Shown: piece after piece, positions 12,752-25,343 of the stretch
How positions within the stretch are numbered: the stretch's first letter is position 1
Layout: each line of letters starts with the position of its first letter
Origin: Azolla caroliniana
Lineage: Eukaryota > Plantae > Polypodiophyta
Length of the DNA stretch: 64,000 nucleotides
Assembly: GCA_043228905.1 (NCBI GenBank)
Contig: JBHGNT010000016.1
Coordinates: 6,076,001 to 6,140,000, forward strand
Reading direction: 5' to 3'
The notes under the pieces: generated by a model
What the model was told of the DNA's origin: nothing
The model's database searches: none
The model's input: only the letters and a program-made list of their open reading frames with translations
Position numbers and translations under genes: made by a program

Positions 12752-15700
12752 CTATCTTCCCCTTAAGAATTCGTGGAACGAGTCGGTGCTGATTGCGAAC
12801 TGGGTTTGTCCGGATACTTTCAGTGGAACTCAGCAAGAATATCCTGAGTAGTGGCGACATGCTCGATGAGTTCCCAAGTACGTTCGCTCGGACTATAGCC
12901 GAGCCAATCGACCAAATAATAAAGTTTGTTGTGAACAAGTGTGGAATCGAGGACGACAACAACTTCATACTTTGTGCCGGCTTCCAACTCAAGCGGGGGC
13001 GGCGGTGGTGTAACACGATCGGGAATAGTGTTTGCTTTATAAGGTTCAAGAAGAGAGCTATGGAAAACCGGATGTATTTGAAGATGCGGAGGGAGATCAA
13101 GGCGGAATGTGACATCATTAACCTTACTAGTAATACGAAAAGGACTGAGTCGTCGATAATCCAACTTGTCGCACGGTCGAGTAGTCTTGATGTGACAACG
13201 TAAGAGCCATACTCGATCTTCGATGGCAAAAGAGGAGGGAAGCCGATGACGATCCGCATAAGTCTTCTGTGTGTGTTGAGCATGACGAAGATGAGTAGAG
13301 AGATCCATCTGGATCTTGCGTGGTCTCTCCAAATGATCCTCAACACGAGGATTGGTAGGTAGCTCCGGGGTGTCGATCACCGACCAACAAGGATGAGAAT
13401 CGGTATAAGCATAAAGTGGGGAGACCCAAGTCGAGGAGTGAACATCATTATTATATGCAAACTCTGCAAAGTGGAGAATCTCGGCCCAATCGTCCTGTTG
13501 ATAACTCAGAAAACACCGGAGATATTGTTCCAACGTTTGGTTGGTTCGTTCCGCCTGCCCATCGGTTTGGGGATGGTAGCCGGAGGAGAGGTTGCAAGAG
13601 ACCTTGAGCATCTTGAAGAGATGCTACCAAAATTTGGAGACGAATTGAGGTCCTCGGTCACTGATGATATTGTCTGGGAGGCTATGATGCCGAAATACCT
13701 CACGCATGACAAGGGTGGCGGTTTCCTCGCTAGTGATGGCCTTAGTACACGGCACAAAATGTGCCATCTTAGTATATCGATCGACGACGGTTAAGATAGC
13801 ATCGAACCCCTTCGAGACCGGAAGATCTGTGATAAAATCAAGACAAATAGAATGCAACGGCTTACTTGGAATCGGTAAGGGTTCCAACAAGCCATATGGA
13901 TGGTGTCGAGGCATCTTTGCTCGGCAGCAAGCATCACAAGTCCGAACGTAGTCATCGACAAAACGTCGCATATGGGGCCACCAAAAAGATCGTTGAACGA
14001 GATCCAACATCTTAGTACTACCGAAATGTCCCGCCGTATGGGTGTCGTGACAATTTTGGACGATTTGAAGGCGACAGGAGCAATCGGGGACATATACAAG
14101 CTTTTTAAAGAATAACAAACCATCATGATATTTGAATTGTTGGTAGTCCATACCTGGTTGTTGAGATTGGGAACACGATGCCCGAGAGGTATCAATGTGT
14201 GCCAGAATGTCTTGAGCAAAATTGTTTGTCTTCAAGTTCGCACGTATGGCATTGGTAATCCAGGAATCCATTGAGGTGTGAAAAATCCGCATTGTGTGCA
14301 ATCATGTTGGTCCCAATATTACTTGCTTTTGATTATCAAACGCTGGATCACCAAGACGAGGTACAAGATATGAATGTCGTGATAGCGCATCTGCTTTTCC
14401 TTGCTGCTTCCCTCGTCAATATGTGATTTTGAAGTTGAAACGTGTGAGGAATTGAGCCCACCAAGCTTGCCGTCGATTTAGCACCCGAGCGTTCTGGAAA
14501 TAAGCAAGATTTTTGTGATCACTAAAGACGATGACTTGATGTGGAGAGCCCTCTAAGAAATGCCACCATTTCACAAAGGAATCCACGATGGCTAATAACT
14601 CCTTGTCATGTATTTCGTAGTTGATTTCTGCGGCATCGAATTTGCGTGAATGAAAAAGCCACAGGATGTAACTCTTTTTTATCTCCTTGTTGAGAACGGA
14701 TGCTACTGAGGGCGAAATCCGATGCGTCGGCCTCCATGATAAATGGTTTGTTTGTATCCACATGAGCTAGAATAGGAGATGATGTAAAGGCTTTCTTAAG
14801 ATGCCGAAAAGCCATGTCCGCTTCATTGGACCAAAGAAATGTTTGTCCCTTCTTCGTAAGTTGTGTGAGAGGTAAAATAATCTTCGAGTAATCCTGTATA
14901 AACTTGCGGTAAAAGTTAACAAAACCTAGAAAACATTGTACATCTCGTATCAACCGTGGAATTTGCCACTTTAACACAGTTTGGACTTTAGCTACATCCA
15001 TGGAGATGCCCTTTGAGGAGATGACGTAGCCTAGAAATTCCACTTGCTTGCAGTCGAAGCAACATCTTTCTAGGTTGGCATAAAGACCATTCTCGCGGAG
15101 TCGTTTTAGTACTAATAGTACATGAGAATTGTGCTCTTCGGGGTCTTCAACTAAATCAATAGATCATCCAGATAGATTATCAAACAGATATCCAAGAGGT
15201 CTCTGAATATATCATTTGCCATGTGTTGGAAGACTGTGGGTGCATTGGTTAGACCAAACGGCATAACAGTATATTCGAAATGCTCATACCGCCTGCGAAA
15301 GGCGGTCTTCCATTCATCTCCCAGTCGGATCCGCACGAGGTTATACGCTCCTCATAGATCGATTTTTGTAAAAAACTTGGCACCATTAACTCGCTCTAAA
15401 AGACTTGCTATAAGAGGAAGTGCATACCTATTCCGAATGGTGACTTTATTCAAGCCGTGGTAATCAACGACGAGACGAAGTGAGCCATCTTTCTTCTTGA
15501 CAAAGAAGATGGGTGCACCAGCCGGAGATTTGGAATGACGAATAAACCCACTTGCCAAGTTCTCCTCTATGTAGGCTCGAAGGATTTCTAACTCGGTGGG
15601 TGACAAGTTGTAAATTGGTCCCCATGGTGGCTCTGCTCCTAGTTGTAAATCGATGGGACAATCATAGGGACGATGATGAGGAAGAGTACCGGCTTTTACC

Positions 15701-15881
15701 TTGTCAAATACATCAGCATAAGGATGATATTTCGCCGGAAGTTGCACTAAGGATTCCTCCTTAATAGTGCTGGAAGGATGTACTAATATTGCAAATAGGA
15801 ACATTGCCTCCTTGTGTCCTTCTTCTCGTAATTGACGTAGTGAAATGGTCGAAACTCGATGAGTAGATTCTTGGGGTTCTC
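12297..15881 (-). mobile_element. 5'-truncated chromovirus Ty3/Gypsy element (RT, RNase H, integrase, chromodomain, PPT, 3' LTR); no gag or 5' LTR
   Basis: [49 protein letters not shown], integrase HHCC and SDRGPQF, and chromodomain YEV..LDS..YYLVDWLGY. The PPT (minus) AAGGGGAAGATAG at 12752-12764 abuts the LTR. Confidence 0.92.
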
Positions 15882-18800
15882 GATAATAAGATACCATAAT
15901 CGATTGGACCACCTTAAGCCATACATGAGAAGGCCAAATTTGAGACCTCCAATACATAAACTTATCCTCCAACCTTTTGGATACCCACTCAATAAGTTTG
16001 ACATGAGAAACTTCCACTCCAATTGGATATCTAAGGTGATGACAAATCATACCACGATGTACTATCCTTCCTAACCACCCCAACCCTAACACGTCTTGTT
16101 ATGTACATCAAACCCTAAACCCTATATTAATTCTCAATCCTCAAGCATTTGAAAACAATTCCCACACATCTCTTGTATTACAAATATTTTCCCGATTAGG
16201 TGCCAAGAACATAATATGGTCATCTACGAGAGCTTGAACAATACATGGCTTCCCTGATGGCAACCTTAGTCCAAACAATTCTTCCTCCATAGCCATATTG
16301 TGTAACTTAACACGAATAGGATGTGTCACAATAGTGAATAGTAAAGGACTTACCAGGAATCCTTGTCTAATTGACTTCCGAATAGAAATCAGTTGTGTTA
16401 CTCCATTAAACATCACATGTGAAACCTAACCCTCCCCTAATGTGTATATCAACTTAGACATACGATCACCAAAACCCATATAAGACATCAATTGATTTAT
16501 AAATGACCAATCCACATTATCATAGGCTTTCTCGATATCCATTTGTAGCAACACTATTCCTTGTTTAGACTCCTTTGCATAGTCAGTTGTCATTTGAACA
16601 TTTAAAATATTATGTAAAATGTCTCTTTTTGCTAAAAACCCATATTGAGCATTATGAATAATAGAAGGTAAAATCTTATGCAACCTATTGGCCATCACTT
16701 TTGCAAAAATATTGTACATTCCCCCCATCAATGAAATAGGCCTCCATTGAGCAAAGGAAGATGGAGAAGGCACCTTCGGCAAAAGCTTGATCAAACCAAT
16801 CTTCCAAGAATGAGGCAATTCCCCTGATGTCCACAACTTTTGAAATAAAACCGTAAAAGGCCCCTTTAACTTAATCACATATTTCTTAAAGAGTTCATGT
16901 GTTAATGCATCCCACCCATGACTCTTATCATTAGCAAGATGTGACATGACATGTTCCACTTCATCCTCTTAAATATTAGCATCTAATGATTATGCCACAT
17001 CATGTGATACATGATTTTTCACTCCATTAAAAAATACATCTCTATCCTTTTTAACATTATCATCGATACACATTTGGTACATCCAACAATTGTGTATAAT
17101 ATTCTATGCATTTCTTCACAATTTCTTAAGGATCAGAACACATGATACCATTTTCCTCTAACCTTACCACATTATGTCGTGCATGTGATTCATGAAGGTC
17201 ATGAAAAACTTATGTGATTGACAATTAGCATCATCCACTTCTTGTCTTAGACTATGTAGTCTAGCATGTTCATAATTTTTTGTCGTTAGGTCATGCATCA
17301 CAAAAATTAATACCTCTTGATATCCCATCAACTCTACATCTGTTGGCCAATAAGTTAACAATGAGTTGCATTTATCAAGCAAATTAGCTAGGAGACTTAA
17401 TTTCTTTCTCCTTTTAAAAGCACGGTGAATTCCATAATATCTAGTTAACCTCTGAACATTTGAAACAAATACTCCCCACGCTTCACACCCATCAAATTGA
17501 ACACGATGGGCAAATGCATCAATCAATTGACACATATAGGCATGGAAGACCTCATGATCCAAAAATGATGAATTAAAAATCAACTGTGGTTTTCCTAAAA
17601 ACTCATGAAAAACTCTAAGTGAGTGGGGATTGAACTCAAAAAATAATGGGAAATGATCTAATATAATTGACCCATAAGACACTGAAATATCCAAAATCTA
17701 TTGTAAAAAACCTTCGGTATGCATTACATACATTCGATCCAACCTACTCCAAGTATCCTTATATTGAGCCGATTGAAAGGTATAACCAAGTTCATCTCCC
17801 TTGATCCATTTCCATACATCTCTTAACATGACTTCAGTCTCAAAATCTCCCCATTCTTGAGCCTCTGGTCCACCCATAATAGAGTGGATAGATGTTGATT
17901 GATCTGTCTCACAACAAACATTAAAATCTCCCATCAATAAACCTGGTCTACCATTATCAAGCATTGAGTTTAGAGATCTTCATAACAACTTTCGTTCTTG
18001 TGAAACATTTGATGCATACACACCAACTAACCAAAGAGCTTGCCCTTCATAACATATCTCTACCACAATAAATCTTCCAAATTCATCTAAAACAATTACT
18101 TTTTGGTGAAATTTATCTCTTATAAACATGACAATCCTAGAATAATCCCCATGAACCTTGCCAACATAACATAATGTATAACCCTTAAAATAACTAATTA
18201 AACCAGCATTACGATGATCTTTATGCTCTACTGCACATAAAACATCCCATTGCTCACTTAACACAATCCTCCAAACCTCATGCATTCTAAATATAGAACA
18301 CAATCCCCTCACATTCCATGCGGTGATCTTTATACTTTAGTTTTTCCTTTTATTCAAGAAATCTCCTTCTCCTTCATTGCTAATGTTTCTGCCATATCCT
18401 AAAATAAATCCCCTAAGATTGCATATGAATTATTATGGGGATGCAAAACTGCAGACCCCGATGGCTCCTCGTGTGAACGAGGCACCGATTTCTGTTTATT
18501 CCAAGGAACATACAAATTACCTTTATTATCGAAAGATCATTTCTTTGGATAGTCCTCTTGATGAGCCCATGGTTTATTCTGCATGGGATTTGTTGGTGTG
18601 ACCTTCTCCATAGATACATTATGCCCAACATTTTTATTAGACTTTTTCATCTTTCCAAAAATTATTGACCATTGTCCTTCATCCTCTACAGTCTTTCCAT
18701 CCTTCTCATTCACAATTTGTGGTTCCTTTGTTTGCTCTGAAATTGTCAAAGCTTGAATCTGATCATGAGTTGTAGGCTCTTCATGTACCACTTCCACTAC

Positions 18801-19614
18801 ATTTTTTCTTTTTTGAGGACACTTAGCCATAAAATGCCCAATACACCACAATGGAAACAATATCCTACAAATGTACCCCATTTAAACCGAAAATAGATAA
18901 GCGGCATACCAGAGCATGCGATCTGTAAACAACGTGGCCTCTTTATAGCAATATTCCAAAGAATACACATCCGATATCGATTTTGAGCATTAGCACTAGG
19001 AGGCACCAAGATCTTTCCCAACTTTTCCATCGTTGACCGTAATATTGGCCAAACCACCGAATATGTGCACTCTACCTCAACCCATACGGGACACTCTTGC
19101 TTTAATATATCTTGGTATTCCACTAGTGGCCTCCATGGAACAATATGAACCAAACTTTTCTCATAAAAAACTGGCAATTTATTGAGTAATTTCTCTTTAT
19201 ACTCTTGTGATACCAAAACAAACTCATAAAATCCATGAGGACCGGCATAAACATCCTAAACACAATCAACTTGTAAAATCCCACGTAACCATTGTCTGAC
19301 CCTCCAAAGGAAAGGTATCTTCCCCATGAAAAACAATATGACCCCTTTATCACAAAAATTAGCAAATGAACCCAAAAACTCCTTATTGTCTATTTCTACC
19401 TTAGCCACTTCATCGTCAACAAACTCCTCAACAACTTTCACATTCTCCTTTATACAATCCTCCATTCATATATTTGCCATGCATCTTAAATGTTCCCAAG
19501 GACTATCATCTTGTCGCATTGCATCAACATAAGACATGTCATTACTATTATCTCCAATACATCATTTTCTTTTACCATCCCCTCTTGGACTTGATACTGA
19601 CTCAACCATGTATG

Positions 19615-20072
19615 TGTCATGATAACACTCACATCATGCATCAAAAGGATTATGACACTCACATTATGACTCAAAAGGATTTGAACCCACGACCTTGTTG
19701 TACACATGTCAAATCCTTAACCATTGTATTAATATTCTTATATGTATAATCTCTAGAATATGAAATCTAATATCATAGGAATATTCTATATTACTCTACA
19801 TTCTAGAATGACCTAGAATATTCTAGAGTGTTCTATACCACTAGAACCTTCTAGAATACTCTAGAGATCTTCTAGATTACTCTACATTCTAGGATAACCT
19901 AGAATATTCTAGAGTGTTCTCTATTACTTATAAATAAGGATCTACCACCCATCCCAAACCTAAATTGGTTCAACGCCATTTTGTAGCCTACTCTTTGTAA
20001 TCCATTTTACGCTTCAATATAATAATTCTCTTTCTATCTCTTTTTCTCTCTTTTTCTCTCTCAGTCTTGACA
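19615..20072 (+). repeat. 5' LTR (458 bp)
   Basis: TGTCAT...TTGACA, with TATAAATA at 19929 and multiple TCTAGA repeats. It matches the 3' LTR apart from roughly 9 substitutions and a 20-bp indel (counted by eye). Confidence 0.95.
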
Positions 20073-20159
20073 GTTTGAATCAATTTTTTCCTTTCATCTC
20101 TTCGTCTTCCACAAATTCTAACAAGTTCTCTTCTTCCTTCTCCTCTCCTCTCGTAAGCT

Positions 20160-21284
20160 ATGGAGTCCGTGAGCAAACAAGAATACATGCATGTTCTTTT
20201 TGAGCTCGACATGCTCACGAATAAATTTGTGGCATTAGAGCATGAGAATCAAAGGCTACTTGGAGATCTACAACACGTGAGCGCCGAAAAAGCTCAACAA
20301 TATGAAGAGTTATCACAACGGGTTCATCAACTCGAGGCGACTATATTGTCATTACGTGAGCAAGCGTCGGGGGCTCAGAACTCCCCTAGAGAGCCAAAGA
20401 TCAACCTCCCTGCCAAGTTTGATGGTACGAGGTCTTTATTTCGAGGCTTTTTGAATCAAGTTCGTCTAGTTATTCAGCTACATCCCAATCGGTATCCAAC
20501 TGATGTTGCTCGTGTGGGATTAGTGGGAACTTTGCTATGCGGTACGATGTTAGCATGGTTCGCACCACTTCTCGAGAAGAAATCACCATTGCTGGAGGAT
20601 TTCGAGGCATTTGTTAAAGAGTTTCAAGCTAGTTTCGGAGACACCGACAACACTAGGACAACGATAAACAAGATTCGAAGGCTCCGACAAGGAGATCGTC
20701 CCGCGTCGTCTTATGCAGTTGATTTCCGTCTCTTGGCATGCGATATCCCTTGGGATGAGGCAGCTTTAATGGATCAATTCCGTCAAAGTTTGAGAAATGA
20801 TGTCAAAGATCTTCTTCTTACTTTCCCTGAAGATCCGCAGTCACTTACAGAAGCCATTAGTCAAGTTGTGCGATGTGATAATCGCCTATTTGAGCGACGT
20901 TCTGAGCGCCAACAAATGTTACGCCGCCAACCTGAGCAGACTTACGCTTCTGTAGTCGCAACGCCTCCACAAGTTTCTAGACCCATTACAAGGGATGGCC
21001 CAACTCCGATGAAAATAGAGTCAACACAACGTCATGGGCCGTTATTAGATGCTGAGAAGCAACGACGTCGAGCGCATCGCCTTTGCCTGTATTGTAGCGG
21101 TCCAGGACATATAGCTGTAAATTGTCCACATAAACCTAGGCGTCAAGTATACCAAGTAAGTGCCCATGAAAACCCTACATCGAGTTCTATTGTTACTTCT
21201 AATAACATAAATAAGCCTCATAGTCCATGCCGTGAGAATAGATTCAATGTCTTGAGTTAATTAGAGGATGTGTTAAACGAGTAA
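20160..21284 (+). pseudogene. Gag (sushi/PEG10-like capsid plus zinc knuckle); TAA at 21258-21260 is probably premature, with the natural stop likely at 21282-21284
   Basis: PKINLPAKFDG, LRQGDRPASSYA, and the knuckle CLYCSGPGHIAVNC. Confidence 0.88.
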
Positions 21285-24200
21285 GTCCGGCCAAAATAGG
21301 AGCCATTTGACTGGACCATCCTAGCCATGTAGAGTTAGTTCCTAGTCGTGGTTCCATTTCATCAAATCAAGTGAGTCGAGTTTTTTCAGCACAAGTCGAG
21401 CTTACCACATCTGCATGTCATCGAGTCCTAGCCTCTGCCCTTCTAGATTCTGGAGCCAACTCTTGTTTCATGGATCGTGAATTTGCCTTGTCACAAAACA
21501 TCCTCTTGAATAAGCTTCCCAGCCTAGTAGTCGTAGGAGTCATTGATGGATGTCCCATAGCATCAGGAGATATAGTCGAGGAGTCTGAGCCAATTAGGAT
21601 AGTTCTTGGCAATTTGGCAAGCATAATCTCTTTCAACATTATTCGTAGTTCGGAACACCCAATAGTTCTAGGTCTCCCCTGGTTTGAACTCCATAACCCG
21701 AAGATTGATTGGATGAAAAGAACAATTGAGGAGACCCGGGAAAAAAGCACAAACCCTGCATCCCTCTCTCCTACATGTGATAATAGATCCCCTGAGTTAT
21801 CGCCCATCTCTTTACGATAGTTGCGGGAGGAAGGGGGGAACGAGGTCATGTTTGTCTTCGCAATAATAGCAACTCCATCATCCACTTCACATGAGGCGGA
21901 TATTAAACTACCAGAGAAATACAAGGAGTTTTCAGATGTCTTTGATAAGGTGAAGGCCAATACATTGCCGGAGCATCGGCCATACGATTGCCCTATTGAC
22001 TTACAACCAGGGAAAGAACCTCCATGGGGCCCAATTTATAATCTCTCCCCTGTAGAGCTAGAAACTTTGCGGGAATATATTGATGAGAATCTGGCAAACG
22101 GATTCATTCGGCATTCTAGATCCCCTGTTGGTGCACCTATCTTCTTCGTTAAGAAGAAGAATGGGACTCTTCGGTTGGTCGTGGATTATCGAGGGCTAAA
22201 CAAAGTGACTATCCGGAATAGATATGCTCTACCATTAATCCCGAATCTTTTGGAACGTCTCAGTGGTGCAAAATATTTCACGAAGTTGGACCTTCGCGGA
22301 GCATATAATCTAGTTTGGATTCGCCCAGGGGATGAATGGAAGACAGCTTTCCGCACTCGCTATGGACATTTTGAGTATACAGTGATGCCATTCGGTCTCA
22401 CGAATGCACCTGTTGTTTTCCAACATATGGCGAACAATATTTTTCGAGATTTTCTTGATATCTTCACTATAGTTTACCTAGATGATATTTTAATCTACTC
22501 AAAGACCCAAGAGGAGCATGATGAACATGTTCGTCAGGTATTGCGTTGACTCCGAGAATATGGTCTCTACGCAAAATTAGAAAAGTGTAGTTTCGGCCAG
22601 AATCAAGTGTAATTTTTGGGGTATGTTGTATCGTCAAATGGTATTGCTAGGGACCCCATGAAGGTACAAGCAATTTTAGAGTGGCAAACGCCCCTTTCGG
22701 TGCGTGATGTGCAATGTTTTCTCGGGTTTGCAAATTTTTATCGAAAATTTATTAAAGATTATTCCAAGGTTGTGCTTCCGCTTACTCAGCTCACACATAA
22801 AGATCGACCATTTATATGGAGTTCAGATGCAGCCGAGGCATTCGAAAGCTTAAAACGAGCATTTACAATGGCACCTATCTTAGCACATGTCGACCCAACA
22901 AAACGCTTCATCCTCGAAGCCGATGCATCTGATTTTGCACTAGGGAGTGTCCTCTCGCAGACTGGAGATGATGGACAACTACACCCTGTTGCCTTTCATT
23001 CACGAAAGTTTGAAGCTGCAGAGATCAACTACGAGATCTATGATAAAGAGCTTATTGCAATCGTGGATTCATTTCAACAATGGCGACATTTCCTAGAAGG
23101 TTCTTCTCAGCAGATCATTGTCTACAGTGATCATAAGAACTTGACTTATTTCCAAAATGCTCGAGTCTTGAGTCGGCGACAAGCCCAGTGGGCGCAATTT
23201 TTGACTCACTTCGATTTTATCATCATATATCGCCCTGGGATGCACCAAGGCAAAGCATATGCTCTTTCTCGGCGCTCTTATATGGAACTTCGTCCAGGGG
23301 AACCTGCATTTAAGCATAAAAAACAAATCCTTTTGGGTCCCAATCGATTACGATTAATGGTAATTAACGCCATAACAACTCTTGAAAATTCCACTCTTCT
23401 TGATTCCTTTCGAGATCATATGGCCACTGATGATTTCGCCAAGGATGTTTTGGATCATATCGTCCCGGATCGTGCTTCTTGCTCACGGTCGAAAAATCCT
23501 CGTAATGACTATTGTCAGTTCTATTGGCATGGTGGTTTTCTATTTCGACAAAATTTATTGTATGTTCCTGATGGTCCCCCACGGCTACAAGTTTTGCAAC
23601 ATTGCCATGACTCACCAATGGCTGGTCATTTTGGAGTTCACAAGACTCTAGAATTAATTTCTCGACGCTATTGGTGGCCTCGCCTTCGACATTTTGTTGA
23701 GGAGTATGTTCAGAGTTGTGATATATGTTGTCGATCAAAGAATCCTCGTCACCGACCCTATGGCTTACTACAACCACTTCCCATTCCGGAAACTCCTTGG
23801 AAGTCTATATCCTTGGACTTCATTACTGATCTCCCTGTTTCAAAAGGTTTTGATGCAATTCTCACAGTGGTTGATCGATTTACCAAAATGGCACATTTCT
23901 TGCCATGTACAAAGTCGATTACTAGTCAAGAGGCGACTGATCTCGTTATGTGGGAGGTATTTAAGCATCATGGTTTGCCGGATGATATTATTAGTGATCG
24001 TGGTCCACAATTCATCTCAAAGTTTTGGAAGCACCTGTTCAAACTTCTCCATATTTCAGTTAATCTTTCTTCGGGCCATCATCCTAAAACAACTGGCCAA
24101 ACAAAGCGTACCAACCAGACATTGGAACAATATCTTCGTTGTTTCATCAACTATCAACAAGATGATTGGGTTGCTTTTTTGCACTGGCGGAATTCGCTTA

Positions 24201-24913
24201 CAACAACTCAGCCCATTCTTCTACAGGATATTCCCCATTTTTCGCAAATACGGGTTGTCATCCTCGGTGGACGATGAATGCGCATCCGGAAGTTCCTACC
24301 AACCCTGCTGCCGAGGATCGTCTTAGTCACCTCCAAAAAATTCAAGCTAACATTCTCCACAATTTGCACGATGCTCAATTTACACATAAGAGGCTTGCCG
24401 ATCGTCATCGTCTAGACTCCTCAAAAAAGTTCCGCATTGGGGATCATGTATGGCTTCTCCAACACAACATCAAGACCACTCGACCTTGCAGTAAATTGGA
24501 TTACCAACGTTTTGGCCCTTACATGATCACTGGTAAGATAAGTGATGTTGCATTTCGTCTTGACCTCCCTCCGCACATGCATCTTCATCCGGTGTTTCAT
24601 GTATCCCTTTTGGAACCTTATACTACAAGTTCAATTCCAGGCCGACTTACGACACCCCCACCACCTATCGAGTTCTTGGACGGGCCTGAATTTGAAGTTG
24701 CTGCCGTTCTTGATTCTAAAATCGTGCGCAACATACTTAGTCGATTGGCTAGGTTATACCCCCAATGATCGAACTTGGGAACCTGCCGCAAATCTTTCCA
24801 ATGCTGCAGAACTCGTCAATGCATTTCATCGCCAATATCTTTGTAAACCAGGTCCTAATACAAAACCTACGACACGTGAGACGTGTCGTCGAAGAAGGGG
24901 GATAGTGTCATGA
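21278..24913 (+). pseudogene. Pol (protease, RT, RNase H, integrase, chromodomain) in the -1 frame relative to gag; broken by stops and frameshifts
   Basis: LLDSGA protease, YLDD, EADASD, integrase core and GPY motif, and chromodomain FEVAAVLDS..YLVDWLGY. Stops at 21308, 21818, 22547 and ~22610. Frameshifts at ~24185 and ~24730. Confidence 0.92.
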
Positions 24914-25343
24914 TAACACTCACATCATGCATCAAAAGGATCATGATACTCACATTATGTCTCGAAAGGATTTGAACCCACGACCTTGTTGTACACATGT
25001 CAAATCCTTAACCATTGTATTAATATTCTTATATGTATAGTCTCTAGAATATGAAATCTAATATCATAGGAATATTCTATATTACTGTACATTCTAGATT
25101 GTTCTATACCACTAGAACCTTCTAGAATACTCTAGAGATCTTCTAGATTACTCTACATTCTAGGATAACCTAGAATATTCTAGAGTGTTCTCTATTACTT
25201 ATAAATAAGGATCTACCACCCATCCCAAACCTAAATTGGTTCAACTCCATTTTGTAGCCTACTCTTTGTAATCCATTTTACGCTTCAATATAATAATTCT
25301 CTTTCTATCTCTTTTTCTCTCTTTTTCTCTCTCAGTCTTGATA
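24906..25343 (+). repeat. 3' LTR (438 bp)
   Basis: Direct repeat of 19615-20072. It ends TTGATA (C-to-T change in the terminal CA motif region) and is followed by the TSD. Confidence 0.95.

Larger units (their letters stand above)
19615..25343 (+). mobile_element. Full-length but inactivated chromovirus Ty3/Gypsy LTR retrotransposon (Tcn1/sushi-like)
   Basis: 5' LTR 19615-20072 and 3' LTR 24906-25343. 5-bp TSD GTATG at 19610-19614 and 25344-25348. PPT GAAGAAGGGGGATAG at 24891-24905. Domain order is gag-PR-RT-RH-IN-chromodomain. Confidence 0.97.

Noticed and set aside
15352-16092. 246-aa ORF as a novel fusion protein
   Set aside because: A chance in-frame junction of decayed LINE and Gypsy sequence; both parents are pseudogenised.
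19665-19740. Functional tRNA gene
   Set aside because: The acceptor and anticodon stems do not pair; only the promoter boxes and spacing are tRNA-like. The same applies to the other tRNA-like copies.
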